Positions 28,608 to 38,710 are shown, numbered from the stretch's first letter. The stretch: 64,000 nt of DNA from a virus (IMGVR_UViG_3300014968_000001:1-64000), one strand, 5' to 3'. Made by a program: numbers and translations. Notes: a model not told the origin generated them from the sequence alone.

Positions 28608-28931
28608 ATGATGCCGTTTTTGAAACTGACTCCGGCAGTGGCACACAGGATTTGGATGCGTTCGCCATTTGCGAATTGGTGGATTAAGAAATGGATAGAC
28701 ACTCCCATTACGCCCGAGACTTCTCCGTTCTGGTTTGAGTCTATGTATCCGATGTTCCTAAGAGACGATGATGGGAACATGGTAAAATTGGACTATTCAC
28801 CGAAATTCAAGAAATGGTTGGAGTTTTGCGTTACGAAATACCAGCCGTCGCCAAACGAATCTGAGTCTCTATCCGGCTCAAGCAACAATCCCCGCCAATC
28901 GCCGGACTGCCATCGGTCGCTTGGATGGTAA
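28608..28931 (+). CDS. Hypothetical protein overlapping the nozzle 3' end by ~100 nt
   Basis: MMPFLKLTP..; convergent overlap with 28831..30687. Confidence 0.5.
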   Translation: MMPFLKLTPAVAHRIWMRSPFANWWIKKWIDTPITPETSPFWFESMYPMFLRDDDGNMVKLDYSPKFKKWLEFCVTKYQPSPNESESLSGSSNNPRQSPDCHRSLGW

Positions 28932-30687
28932 TTTCAAAGTAGATGAACCGGCCCGATTGCAGCATCGGCCATTCAAACGGCGGGATCGGTTTCAACAGCG
29001 CCGCCGCCAGTTGTGGTGAAGTTTGTGTTGAATTACACGCCATCGGCTTGTCCGGTTGCGGATACCACAACACGGAACACACGCCATCCGGAAGGTTCGG
29101 GTCGGCTTCACTCTCCGATGTGCCAATCCGCAGGTGAACCACGTTGTTGATGGACGAATCTGACGGGGTGCATTCCAGCAGAAAATTGCGGATGAACTTT
29201 TCCCGGTCATAATTCTGCAAAGGCAACAACGCCCGCAGGATACGGTAATACCCTTCATACGAGTATTGGCCGGTGAACGGGATGTATTTGCCATCCACGG
29301 TCGTTCCTTTGCCCGTGGCTGCGTTGGTGCAAATCGCGCGCGAGAACACATTCCCGATTTCCTTCAGGCACAGGTCAGGGCAACCGGCGCCGAGAAAGAG
29401 TTGCGCGGATTGGCAGGCTTCGGGATCGGCGGTGGACGGACGGAAATTGACGAACGCGGAAAACCCGTAATCCAGCACGTCCGGCGATTTGTATTGGTAG
29501 TCGAAGATGAACGTTGAGGAATTGACACAGCCACCGTCGCCGTTCGCCGCCGCTTGAGGCCATGACAACCAGATTTCGGTGGTGTCCGGATGCAGTATCA
29601 TTACAGGACTTTGGCAGCAGGACGGGTCGAGGGCGGTCAGGTTATCGTTAAACACCATCGCAGAACCCCGATACAACCATTCGGTGCGTTCAGGTTCGGG
29701 GATGTACGGACTGAAAAAGTAGATGCCATCCGAGCCGCAATACCAGCAGGAATTTCCGGCGGAAACCAGCGTGTTCGGATAGGCAAGGCATTTGTTCTGG
29801 TTCAACGGTTCGGAATAGACTTTGGCAAAGCTGAACGTGGGCGATCCCGATTGAGTGCTGTTATTGACGAAGATGACCCAGATGGCTTGCGTGGTGAACA
29901 CGTAAAGGCTCCCGGCCATCGGTATGGCGTTGAGGATGCGTTCGCCGTAATCTAGGTCTTGGAATCCCGCGAGCGTAGAGTTGCCCGAGCAATCCATTGT
30001 GCCAGGTGCATCCTGCCAGCTTAAAGGGCAGTTGATGGACGACCAGCGGATTCGGCTGGAAATGCGTTTGCCGCCTTCCACGAGGTCCATCAGGAAGATG
30101 AATCCGTTCCATGACACCGTGACACCCGCCTTGGTGACTTGCATCGTAACGAGGTCAGGGATGGTCGAGGCGGCATTGGAACCTATGTTGGTGTGATGCG
30201 GGGGATCGACGTTATTGGTGAACACCAGTTCATTTTGCAGGAGCGACATGCGGAACCGCGTCTGGGGCAGGGACGTTTCGGGAGTGCCACCGAGATTGGT
30301 GATAACGGTCTGCCAATAACCGCTCACGGTGTTGAGGTATTTTATCCAGCTTTGAGAACCGGCATAGAGGGTGGTGTTGCCGGTGTTATCGAGGGCGGAA
30401 AAGAGCAGGGTGATGAATTCACGACCGGCGGTGGAGGGAACGTCGAATTGATCGTGAAGATCGAAATTACTATAAGCCGGTGGTATCAGAGAACCATTGA
30501 CGAACGAGGCGAAGGCGCGGTCGAAGTTGGGGCGGATGCACAATTTATTCCCGCCGCGCAGTTGCCAGTTCTGTTTGAATCTCCATGCGCCGAGCGGGAC
30601 ATCTTCGACTTCGCTGCGCGTATCCAAAACGCCAGTCAAAGGGCGAATGCTCACAGTCTGCCACGTCTCACCGCGTCGTCGTGCCAT
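28831..30687 (-). CDS. Tail nozzle / DNA-stabilisation protein (P22 gp10/T7 gp12-like)
   Basis: 618 aa, beta-rich; RIRWSSIN, IWLSWP..IFDY, GRFIYFEIT; structural context. Confidence 0.65.
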   Translation of the reverse strand: MARRRGETWQTVSIRPLTGVLDTRSEVEDVPLGAWRFKQNWQLRGGNKLCIRPNFDRAFASFVNGSLIPPAYSNFDLHDQFDVPSTAGREFITLLFSALDNTGNTTLYAGSQSWIKYLNTVSGYWQTVITNLGGTPETSLPQTRFRMSLLQNELVFTNNVDPPHHTNIGSNAASTIPDLVTMQVTKAGVTVSWNGFIFLMDLVEGGKRISSRIRWSSINCPLSWQDAPGTMDCSGNSTLAGFQDLDYGERILNAIPMAGSLYVFTTQAIWVIFVNNSTQSGSPTFSFAKVYSEPLNQNKCLAYPNTLVSAGNSCWYCGSDGIYFFSPYIPEPERTEWLYRGSAMVFNDNLTALDPSCCQSPVMILHPDTTEIWLSWPQAAANGDGGCVNSSTFIFDYQYKSPDVLDYGFSAFVNFRPSTADPEACQSAQLFLGAGCPDLCLKEIGNVFSRAICTNAATGKGTTVDGKYIPFTGQYSYEGYYRILRALLPLQNYDREKFIRNFLLECTPSDSSINNVVHLRIGTSESEADPNLPDGVCSVLWYPQPDKPMACNSTQTSPQLAAALLKPIPPFEWPMLQSGRFIYFEITIQATDGSPAIGGDCCLSRIETQIRLATAGIS

Positions 30688-30690
30688 AAA

Positions 30691-31611
30691 TTATGGGCAA
30701 GATAGCCCGAAATGGGAAAGATACCATTCAAAACTGCGAACGAAAATCGACTGGTTATAGGCCCGTTCGGAAAGCAGGGTGTTCCATTCCGCGTTGACCT
30801 GGCGTTTTGACAGCGTCAAATCCTCGGAATTTTGCAGCGTGGCGATGAGGGCGGCAGCGCGTTCCCGAGGTAAACAGGTGTGGGCGAGCGCGAGCTTATT
30901 GAAAGTAACCTTCCACTGGTCAGTCTTATACGTCGTGGACTGACGAAACTGATGCCCGATCCTTACGGTTTTCAGCATCCGAATATCCCCACCCGCCAGC
31001 CACCATTTGAGCGACAAAAACGGCTCGTCCAAACCCCACCCCTTCAAAAGCTTCAACCCGCCAACGTGAAAATAAAAGTCAGTCGGCATGACGTAACCAG
31101 CGCCCATGATGCAGGACAACGGGTAATCATCTTCGCCAGGCCGTTCCTTCGCCCATTTGCCTTCGAGCGTCTGCATCCTGCCGCCGTCGTTTTGGTCAGG
31201 GCCGTAAAAGTGAATGTAAGCCCCGTGATAATCGCCGCGCGCCTGAGACATGTCCATCATCCCCGGAACGAGTTGAACGCACAGCAGGTTATGCAGGGTC
31301 GTTGGTCGGTCTTTGATGCGATCCATCAAGGTTTCGTACCAGCCGTTTTCAAAGCGTACATGGCTGTCGGTGAGCAGAAGAAAATCTCCCGTGGCGCGCA
31401 ATGCACCAATGTGCCGAGAGGCGGCGACCCCGGCCCTTTCATCATTGCGGATAAGATGGCACTTTTTGTCCTCCAAAGAGAGCGGGACTTGGCTCGCATC
31501 ATCTATGACAATTACCTCCGGTTTGTCGCCAGCGGTGTCGCGGATGCTTTTGATGGTGGCTTGGCATTCCAAATAGTCGTTGAGGCAGGGTATGATGATG
31601 CTGAGTCTCAT
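30691..31611 (-). CDS. GT-A glycosyltransferase resembling polypeptide GalNAc transferases (GT27-like)
   Basis: IVIDDAS, GVAASRHIGA..GDFLLLTDSH..GW, WGLDEPFLSLKWWLAGG, IGHQFR. Confidence 0.85.
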   Translation of the reverse strand: MRLSIIIPCLNDYLECQATIKSIRDTAGDKPEVIVIDDASQVPLSLEDKKCHLIRNDERAGVAASRHIGALRATGDFLLLTDSHVRFENGWYETLMDRIKDRPTTLHNLLCVQLVPGMMDMSQARGDYHGAYIHFYGPDQNDGGRMQTLEGKWAKERPGEDDYPLSCIMGAGYVMPTDFYFHVGGLKLLKGWGLDEPFLSLKWWLAGGDIRMLKTVRIGHQFRQSTTYKTDQWKVTFNKLALAHTCLPRERAAALIATLQNSEDLTLSKRQVNAEWNTLLSERAYNQSIFVRSFEWYLSHFGLSCP

Positions 31612-31916
31612 TTAATTTCTCCGTTGGTAATGAATCCGTGCCATTCGTTGTATTTTGAGAAATCAAGCGAGGGAGTCAATGTGAGAGTTTCAAATGTGTC
31701 ACCAGTGCGTTGCCAACGGTGCATCCCACCATAAAGTTCTGGATTGTCCGCAGGGTCGGATAACCAGCCAAGATTGAGAGGGTCAATCGGGTTTTTGAAA
31801 AGGCATCCAAGATGCTGTCCGGTGCCCAACGGCGACAGGAACGAAACCCCAACAACAAGTTTATTCCACGGCTGGCCATAGCCAAGCCACGAAGGTTCAA
31901 GGTAGGTCAGTCTCAC
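31608..31916 (-). CDS. Hypothetical protein (DUF6527-like)
   Basis: WQRTGDTFETLTLTPSL..WHGFITNGE. Confidence 0.65.
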   Translation of the reverse strand: MRLTYLEPSWLGYGQPWNKLVVGVSFLSPLGTGQHLGCLFKNPIDPLNLGWLSDPADNPELYGGMHRWQRTGDTFETLTLTPSLDFSKYNEWHGFITNGEIK

Positions 31917-33430
31917 AACGGTAATGGTGTATACCCACTCTCCCCCGGTTTGCCAACATTCATTCCTTCGGTCGGTCGAATCAGTTCATCGACGCATTCG
32001 CTGGAAACCAAGTAGCTCGCGGCGTCGTAAACGTGCTTTAGCGGGCTAAGTTTATTAATGGCAATGTTGCCCTTCCCCTTTTTGATGCCCTGAAAGGATT
32101 CAATGAGATGGGGGCATTTCGAGCGTGAGATGAAGATGCGATTCTCGAAGAACAGACGTTTCAACAGGTCAACCCGTTGGCCGACCGACCCAGGGCCTTT
32201 GTTGACGGCGGTGAGTATAATCTTGCCGCCGCTTTCCTGACGGATGAACTCATGCGGCAGGATGGCCGACATGCTGCCTTGAACATCGAACACATTTCGG
32301 TCAGACCAATTCCGCCACATTAACGGATGGCCGCAGTGTTCCTCCCAAAACTCGATTTTCTCAAGCACCTCAGCGACGAAATCTGAAAACAGAATCTTTT
32401 CCCCGACATAAACCACTTCATCCAGGAATTTGAAAATACTGATGGGTTTGGCGGAGCGTTCAATCGTGATCTTCTCAGCGATGACCATTGCATGATTTAC
32501 GTCGCCGGGGTCCCAGCCCGTTATCAGTTCGGAACAATTTTCTTCGGGGATGAGGCAGTCTGGTTCGGGATTGGAACGGGTTTCCGGGTCGCCGACGATA
32601 TGCACGTTGGGACGAAACTGTTCGTGGAACACGGAATTTCCGGATGCCTTCACCCATTTACCGTAATAATAGCGAGCCAACAAATCTTCGGAATGTTCGT
32701 ACTTGGCTTTTTGGGACAGGTGCCACGATTCATCTTTGAAAATGTTGTCCGATACGTTGAACTCCATCAACGCAAGGCATTCGGCGAACATCGCCATGCC
32801 CTTGTTATCGCCCCAGTCCAGAACTCGGTCTTCATACCACAGCTTCCAAATCCACGAATCTGTGCCTTCCTCGGACGGATTAGTGTCGCCAATGAAGATG
32901 TGCTGCCATTCCTGCCATTGACCGCGTAGACATTCCCGCCAGCAATCGAAGGTTGCGCGGCTTTTGTAATTGGACAATTCGGACACGTAAATGCCACTAT
33001 ACGACTTACCTTTGAACCGTTCCTCGACATCATCCTCGTGCTTGAGGGAATCCAGGTGAACGCGCGACATCGTGCCGTATTTGTTTTTTACCTCACAATA
33101 CAGCTTCTTGGTCGTGCCCTTCTGGCGCGGCGTGGTGATCCATTCCATGCCGAAATCGCCCCCGATCCATTCAGGGAGCGTCTTTTCGGTCAGTTCAGTC
33201 CACATACCGGAATCATCGCCGGCGGTGACGGTAGGGCAGACCACGGCGAACCGGGCGTCTTTCACTTCCCACAGGTGTTCGGCGATGGCGGCCATGCAAC
33301 CCGTGGACTTGGTGGACATGCGCGGTCCACTGACGAGGATGTATTTCTTGGGGTTTTCGGGGAAGCGATGGCACAGGCGGAGCAACTCCATCTGCCTGGG
33401 GCTTAATGAGGGATGGAACGGGTCTGACAT
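31913..33430 (-). CDS. terL: Terminase large subunit
   Basis: LSPRQ, GPRMSTKS, IYVSEL, IGDTNP, nuclease GWDPG..SD..HVYDAASY; start at MSDPF after a promoter. Confidence 0.88.
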   Translation of the reverse strand: MSDPFHPSLSPRQMELLRLCHRFPENPKKYILVSGPRMSTKSTGCMAAIAEHLWEVKDARFAVVCPTVTAGDDSGMWTELTEKTLPEWIGGDFGMEWITTPRQKGTTKKLYCEVKNKYGTMSRVHLDSLKHEDDVEERFKGKSYSGIYVSELSNYKSRATFDCWRECLRGQWQEWQHIFIGDTNPSEEGTDSWIWKLWYEDRVLDWGDNKGMAMFAECLALMEFNVSDNIFKDESWHLSQKAKYEHSEDLLARYYYGKWVKASGNSVFHEQFRPNVHIVGDPETRSNPEPDCLIPEENCSELITGWDPGDVNHAMVIAEKITIERSAKPISIFKFLDEVVYVGEKILFSDFVAEVLEKIEFWEEHCGHPLMWRNWSDRNVFDVQGSMSAILPHEFIRQESGGKIILTAVNKGPGSVGQRVDLLKRLFFENRIFISRSKCPHLIESFQGIKKGKGNIAINKLSPLKHVYDAASYLVSSECVDELIRPTEGMNVGKPGESGYTPLPL

Positions 33431-33437
33431 TTTGTTC

Positions 33438-33472
33438 TTGCCAGTACTACCTAAAAGTCTTAGATGATGCAA
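33438..33472. promoter_or_regulatory. Interdigitated divergent promoters (terL/nozzle operon vs portal/capsid operon)
   Basis: Plus: TTGCCA-17-TAGATG (33438-33466); minus: TTGCAT-17-TAGTAC (33472-33444). Confidence 0.55.
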
Positions 33473-33530
33473 TAACAGAGTCACCAAACAATCCAAGGCG
33501 ACTCGAACAATGTTTGAAAAGGCTAACTTT

Positions 33531-33878
33531 ATGGCAAACAAACCGTACCAACCGATGAACGATCCCGCCGATGGTGAAACCGACGCCCCCGATAGCGGCG
33601 AATCCCCGGCACAAGTGACGCTGGACAAGAGCAACCCTGACATTGCCGAGGCGTTCGCCGAGTGCAAGGAAGGCGACATGTACAAGGTCGTCAAGGATGA
33701 CGAGAACGAGATTGTTTTGGAGAAACAGCCGGACATGGCGGCAGGCGGCGAGGAAGAAAACGCCGGGGAAAACATGAACGAAGGCGGTCAGGAGGAATCC
33801 GGCGGCGAGGATGATGGCAGTTTCAAATCCGACAAGCCGGGGATTGCGCTGTTGATCGCCAAGAAGCGGAAGCAGTAA
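33531..33878 (+). CDS. Small acidic protein with basic C-terminus
   Basis: D/E-rich; ends PGIALLIAKKRKQ; first gene of the head operon. Confidence 0.75.
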   Translation: MANKPYQPMNDPADGETDAPDSGESPAQVTLDKSNPDIAEAFAECKEGDMYKVVKDDENEIVLEKQPDMAAGGEEENAGENMNEGGQEESGGEDDGSFKSDKPGIALLIAKKRKQ

Positions 33879-33883
33879 TTTTG

Positions 33884-33962
33884 TCCTGCGAGTGGTGGTG
33901 AAAAGGCGTGAGCCTACTAGGACGCTGGATTGCTTGAGAACATCCCACCACCACTCGCAGGA
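33884..33962. ncRNA. Long hairpin with internal GTGA-tetraloop stem (element B)
   Basis: Perfect 17-bp IR tcctgcgagtggtggtg/caccaccactcgcagga enclosing aggc-gtga-gcct. Confidence 0.6.
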
Positions 33963-33979
33963 TTTATAGAAAACTTAAA

Positions 33980-34153
33980 ATGAATATTTTTTTATCATTG
34001 ATATTGGTTGCGTGCTTGACCGGCGGATGTGCGGCCTATTCTAAAACCGGAAAAGCGTTTCCAGACAGTTTTAACCTCACCGATTATCACGTTCTCGGCA
34101 CTCAATTCAAAGGCGACACTGTTGCTGCCGGATTTAGTTGGACTCTCAAATAA
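33980..34153 (+). CDS. 57-aa putative lipoprotein (not in ORF track)
   Basis: MNIFLSLILVACLTGGC (lipobox-like Cys17); ends AAGFSWTLK; stop 1 nt before the next ATG. Confidence 0.65.
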   Translation: MNIFLSLILVACLTGGCAAYSKTGKAFPDSFNLTDYHVLGTQFKGDTVAAGFSWTLK

Positions 34154-34154
34154 A

Positions 34155-34589
34155 ATGAACGGCACTCCATTAATTCTCGCCATCATCGGCCACCTAGTTG
34201 GGGACTATCTACTTCAAAATGACTGGATGGCTACGAACAAAAAGAAGCATTCGTTTCCATGTGCGGTTCATTGCCTTCTGTGGACTTGCTCGGTGATGTT
34301 TTTCGCTGGCTGGATGTGGATTGAAAAGCCTCACTTTTTATGGATCAAACCTTGGGTGTTTTCAGCATTGTTTTTAACACACTTTATCCAAGATCGAACG
34401 CAAATTATAATCTGGTGGATGAAGTTGAAGTGGAAAGACCAAAGCAAATTCATGGAGTGTGACTCACTCCTGTTAAAACACGAATACGAACCCACTATTA
34501 AGGTTGGACTGGGGCCGTGGTCAATCATCGTCGTGGATAACGTGTGGCACATCGTTGAAATTTGGGCCGTTTGGAGGTTTCTCACTTAA
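34155..34589 (+). CDS. DUF3307-like membrane protein
   Basis: IIGHLVGDYLLQ, HCLLW, THFIQD, DNVWH. Confidence 0.8.
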   Translation: MNGTPLILAIIGHLVGDYLLQNDWMATNKKKHSFPCAVHCLLWTCSVMFFAGWMWIEKPHFLWIKPWVFSALFLTHFIQDRTQIIIWWMKLKWKDQSKFMECDSLLLKHEYEPTIKVGLGPWSIIVVDNVWHIVEIWAVWRFLT

Positions 34590-36958
34590 TGCCCGTCTCC
34601 CCAAAAGTTCTCAAAGCGCATGGCTGCACACCGGCTGATTGGAAGCCTCTGTTCACCGCCAAAGGCAATTACAGCGGGAAATCCAAGTCCGGCAAGTTGC
34701 CGCAGATAAAGCGGCTGGAAACACTCATCGCCAATCGCATCAATGACGGTCGGTTGAAGAACCTCCAGGATTACCGCGTGTTCGCCGCCATCGACATGGC
34801 GTATGACGCTCCGTTCGATCAGACCACACCGACACTCATTCAAAGTTTTCTCGGTCAGGACTGGTCAAATCTCAAGCAGGAAGATGTGCTGGCGAAATTG
34901 CAGCAATGGGGGTTGAAGCCCGATGACCTCCTGCTGAAAACCACCCGCCCGGATGGCAGTTGTGTTTACACGCCGAACCCGCCGACGTTCTACAAAATTC
35001 TCGTTCCGTTGGTGAAAGCGTATGTCACCATTCGCCGCGGAAAACTGTTTAATGACCGTAACAAAGTCCCGTTGCTCGATTATGAGCCGATTGAATGGAA
35101 TTCCGAGACGCGGATTTTGTGTGAGATTTTAAATCACACGGTCCAAGTCATCAGTGGCGAGTTGGGGTATCCGCGCGACCTTGACCAGACCATTCTGCAA
35201 ACTCTGCAATACGCCACCACACTGGTGTTCCCCCGCGAAGTTTGGTACACGGAATATCAGATGGAGATGGTGGATGGCAAAGAAAAGAAGGTGCTCCAAA
35301 AGGAAGGCATCCGTTATTGCCAACCGCACCCGACCCGCATGTTTTGGGATCAGCATTATAGCATCTCAAGTTTCAATACGGATTCCGGGTGCGAATTTGC
35401 GGGTTATTGGAAAGTGGTTTCTTACGGCGACATTCTCGACAACCAAAATTATTGGAATCGCAAGGCGGTGGGTTTCGGCAGCACGGTGGATTGGTTTAGC
35501 CCTGAAATCAGCAGTAATTTTTTCAGTGAAGTTTACCCGTGCCAGATGGCGTTCCCCAATTTCACGTACGGCGAAAAGAGCAGCCGTGAATCGTCGGCGA
35601 TTTATTACGCAACCAGTCAACGGGACATGGCGGTGTTCCAGACCGACGTGTTTATGAAGCTCACGCCGGCGAAGTGGAAGCTCGGCACCTATAAGTATCC
35701 GATTTGGGTGCGGTTCATCGTCGCCAATGACAACTCGATTTTGTATGCGGAGCCAGTTGCCTATTCTCCCGTCCTGTTTTGCGGGTATGACACCGACCAG
35801 TTACGGGCCAAGAACGCCAGCATGGCGCTGGAAGTATTGCCGTTTCAGGATCACATCGGCAACACGCTGTCCCAGATTGTCCTGACCATCAAACAAAACC
35901 TGGCGAACATTTATTTTTACGAGAAGAACGTGTTGAACCGCGAGGACATAGACGCGGTGAAGAACGCGGGTGAGATGCAGTATCGCACCATCAACATGGT
36001 GCCGTACGACAGTTTCAAGAATGCGCGCGCAGGTCTGGACGTGAAGGGAGGCATCATACCGGTTCATTTTGATTACAAGGACGTGACGCCGATGTTCCAG
36101 TCCATGAACACGATGTTGTCCATGCTGGAACGGTTGCTGCAACTGAGCGCGCAGGAGAGCGGAGCGGCGGCGAGCCATCAGCAGAGCAAGGAAGAAATTC
36201 AGGTCATCAGCGGGAACACGTCCAACCGCGTGCAATTCACCGGGTCATTCATCGACGACTTCATTGACGCATGGAAACGGCAGCAGTACGACGCGATTCA
36301 GGCGTATGCAGATGATGAACTGACGGCGATGGTCCCGGGAGATATTCCCGACATCGAAGAACATTTGGAAGCGTTGGGATTCAAGAAGTCCGGCACGGTG
36401 CAGGGCGAAGGCAAATTGATTGTCAAAGGCAGCAAGCGCGGATTGCTGAAACTCCAGGATTTTGCGGTGACAGGCAAAGGGCCCGACCGAAAGAACGACA
36501 CGCAAACCGCCCAGATAATGATGCAGGCAGCGCAGGCGGTGTCGAACAGTCAGGTTCTCGCGCAAGCCATCGGCGCCAAACCGTTGCTCAAGATTATTGA
36601 GCGGGCCGCAATTATGGCCGGGGCCGACAAAGATTTCAAACTGCGACCGGACGACAAGGCGCAGGCGAATGCCTTGCAGCAGATGGCGCAGGAAATCATG
36701 CAGGCGATGATGAAGAAGGTGAATGAAACTGTCACTAAGCCTGCCGCCGAAGAAATGAAGAAGATTCAGGATGAAATTGTCCAGTTACAACAGGTCGTGG
36801 CGAAGGCATTGAAATTGCAACCGCCCGATCCCCGGAATGTCCCGGTGCAGTCGCCAGCACAACCGCAACCTCAACCCCCAACACCCGATGCTCAAGTTCA
36901 GCCGCAACCCGCTCCCGGAAGTGGAGAACCAGGAACTCCGCAAGCTCCCGTCGCATAA
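34589..36958 (+). CDS. Portal protein (podovirus type)
   Basis: ~790 aa, precedes scaffold and capsid; Gln/Pro-rich barrel-like C-terminus. Confidence 0.75.
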   Translation: MPVSPKVLKAHGCTPADWKPLFTAKGNYSGKSKSGKLPQIKRLETLIANRINDGRLKNLQDYRVFAAIDMAYDAPFDQTTPTLIQSFLGQDWSNLKQEDVLAKLQQWGLKPDDLLLKTTRPDGSCVYTPNPPTFYKILVPLVKAYVTIRRGKLFNDRNKVPLLDYEPIEWNSETRILCEILNHTVQVISGELGYPRDLDQTILQTLQYATTLVFPREVWYTEYQMEMVDGKEKKVLQKEGIRYCQPHPTRMFWDQHYSISSFNTDSGCEFAGYWKVVSYGDILDNQNYWNRKAVGFGSTVDWFSPEISSNFFSEVYPCQMAFPNFTYGEKSSRESSAIYYATSQRDMAVFQTDVFMKLTPAKWKLGTYKYPIWVRFIVANDNSILYAEPVAYSPVLFCGYDTDQLRAKNASMALEVLPFQDHIGNTLSQIVLTIKQNLANIYFYEKNVLNREDIDAVKNAGEMQYRTINMVPYDSFKNARAGLDVKGGIIPVHFDYKDVTPMFQSMNTMLSMLERLLQLSAQESGAAASHQQSKEEIQVISGNTSNRVQFTGSFIDDFIDAWKRQQYDAIQAYADDELTAMVPGDIPDIEEHLEALGFKKSGTVQGEGKLIVKGSKRGLLKLQDFAVTGKGPDRKNDTQTAQIMMQAAQAVSNSQVLAQAIGAKPLLKIIERAAIMAGADKDFKLRPDDKAQANALQQMAQEIMQAMMKKVNETVTKPAAEEMKKIQDEIVQLQQVVAKALKLQPPDPRNVPVQSPAQPQPQPPTPDAQVQPQPAPGSGEPGTPQAPVA

Positions 36959-37184
36959 CGGTTATCAACTGTTGAAGCGGGTCATTGCCGCGCGCGCCGA
37001 CGAGAATGCCGTGGAATCGGCAAACGCGATTCTGGCCGCAGCGAAGTTTGAGTCGATGAACGCAAAGGCGTTAAAGACTGCGGATGACGCGGGGCGCTAC
37101 CAGAACGCTTTGGACGTACTAAAAGAGTTAGAGTCGGAAATGAATCACTACACCGGCGACATCGCCAGCAACCTCAACCCATAA
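36888..37184 (+). CDS. Small helical protein downstream of portal
   Basis: MLKFSRNPL..; conserved position between portal and scaffold. Confidence 0.55.
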   Translation: MLKFSRNPLPEVENQELRKLPSHNGYQLLKRVIAARADENAVESANAILAAAKFESMNAKALKTADDAGRYQNALDVLKELESEMNHYTGDIASNLNP

Positions 37185-37191
37185 AAACATC

Positions 37192-38655
37192 ATGGCAACC
37201 GAACCACAAAAAACAGAAGAACAATTGGCCGCAGAAAAAACGGCGGCAGACACAGAGGCAATCAAGACCAACGCAGATGGCATCGACCAATTTCTTGGGG
37301 AAATCCTCCAAAAAGAAACGCCGGACGAGAAGGCGGCGAAAGCCAAGGCGGACGCGGCGGCAAAAACGGCCAAAGAAGGGGAGAAATCCGAGTTGCAGCG
37401 CAAGGCGGATTTGGCGAAGGAGCGGAAGGAAAAGGCCAAGCAGGAACGGGAAGCCAAAGCGAAGGAAATCGCCAGCAAACCCATTGATGCCGATGCCATC
37501 GCCGAAGCGGCAGCGCGGGGCACGGTGAGCGCCCTCGAAAAAAGCCGGGAAGAAGCGGCACGCAAGGCGGCGGAGGATGCTGAGAAGGGTAAAGGCGATC
37601 AATATTCCCATTTGGACGAGGATCAAAAGGCGGATTTGCCGATCCTGCAACAGATGGAGAAGGCCAACCCGACGAAATACAAGGGATTGTCCGATAAATA
37701 CGCCAAGAGCGTCAAAGCCCTGGCGGAATATCGTGAGGCGTGGGAAAAGGCCAACCCGGACAAGGAATTCAACGGGGAAGACGACGAACACAACGAATTT
37801 TTCGCCAAGAACGAAGTCGGCTGGAAAGACCGGGATTACGCCGAAGCCATCGCGGACCTGAAATTGGAGAAGATGCAGGCCAATCTCAAGCAGGAGAACG
37901 ACAAAGCCATCGGCGAACTCAAAGGCAAGGAACGTGCGCGCGAATTGGAGCCGTTGGCCGTCACCGAGGCGAAGCGAGGGGCGCGGGAATTGTTCAAATC
38001 GCTCGGGGGCGAGTTTGAAAAGGTCGTGGACGAGAACGGATTGGTCAACGGTGAGGCGGTGAAGAAACTGCACGCCGAAGATGACCGTGCTGGAATGGCG
38101 TTCGCCGCGGCAACTCACCTTGAAAACCTGTGCGCGGAGAATTATCGCCTGTTCAACGGCATCAAACCATTCGACGCGAATAATCCGGTTCACAAACAAC
38201 TGGCGGATTACGCCTTGGCGCAGGAGACAGATATGTTGAATCTGCCGCCGCAAGACCAGATTGATGACAAGGGCAGGCAATTCGCTCCGAACGCTGATTA
38301 TTGGAAGATGACCAAGGCGCAGCGCGAACGGCATTGGACGTTTAATATGACAGATTTGAACACGCTTTTGGCGGCGGATGTGGCCACAAATCTCAAAAAT
38401 CAGATAACCGCGCGAGAGAAGGAGATGTCTGCTTGGGCGGAAAAACGCGGATATAAACGCGCCGCAGGCGACGGCGAACCGGAACGCAAGAATGGTGAGG
38501 AACACCACGAGGAACAGGGCAAGGAAGAAGAAGTCGAGCAAGTGGAAAAGCCGAGGGCGGTGACATCCATTCCCGACTCACAGGTGGCGCAGTATCGAAC
38601 GGCGAAATTAACCGGAAAACAAAATGGCGTGAGCCGCTTCTTTTCTGACTTCTGA
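37192..38655 (+). CDS. Capsid scaffolding protein
   Basis: E/K/A-rich coiled coil directly before the capsid gene. Confidence 0.75.
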   Translation: MATEPQKTEEQLAAEKTAADTEAIKTNADGIDQFLGEILQKETPDEKAAKAKADAAAKTAKEGEKSELQRKADLAKERKEKAKQEREAKAKEIASKPIDADAIAEAAARGTVSALEKSREEAARKAAEDAEKGKGDQYSHLDEDQKADLPILQQMEKANPTKYKGLSDKYAKSVKALAEYREAWEKANPDKEFNGEDDEHNEFFAKNEVGWKDRDYAEAIADLKLEKMQANLKQENDKAIGELKGKERARELEPLAVTEAKRGARELFKSLGGEFEKVVDENGLVNGEAVKKLHAEDDRAGMAFAAATHLENLCAENYRLFNGIKPFDANNPVHKQLADYALAQETDMLNLPPQDQIDDKGRQFAPNADYWKMTKAQRERHWTFNMTDLNTLLAADVATNLKNQITAREKEMSAWAEKRGYKRAAGDGEPERKNGEEHHEEQGKEEEVEQVEKPRAVTSIPDSQVAQYRTAKLTGKQNGVSRFFSDF

Positions 38656-38710
38656 TGTCGCAAAGTAGTTTGAGCGCACGGGAACCATAAAGGTTCCCCG
38701 CGAACAAACT

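Noticed and set aside
33431-33775. ORF-track N-terminal extension of terL
   Set aside because: It is antisense to the acidic gene and spans the promoters; the true start is MSDPF at 33430.
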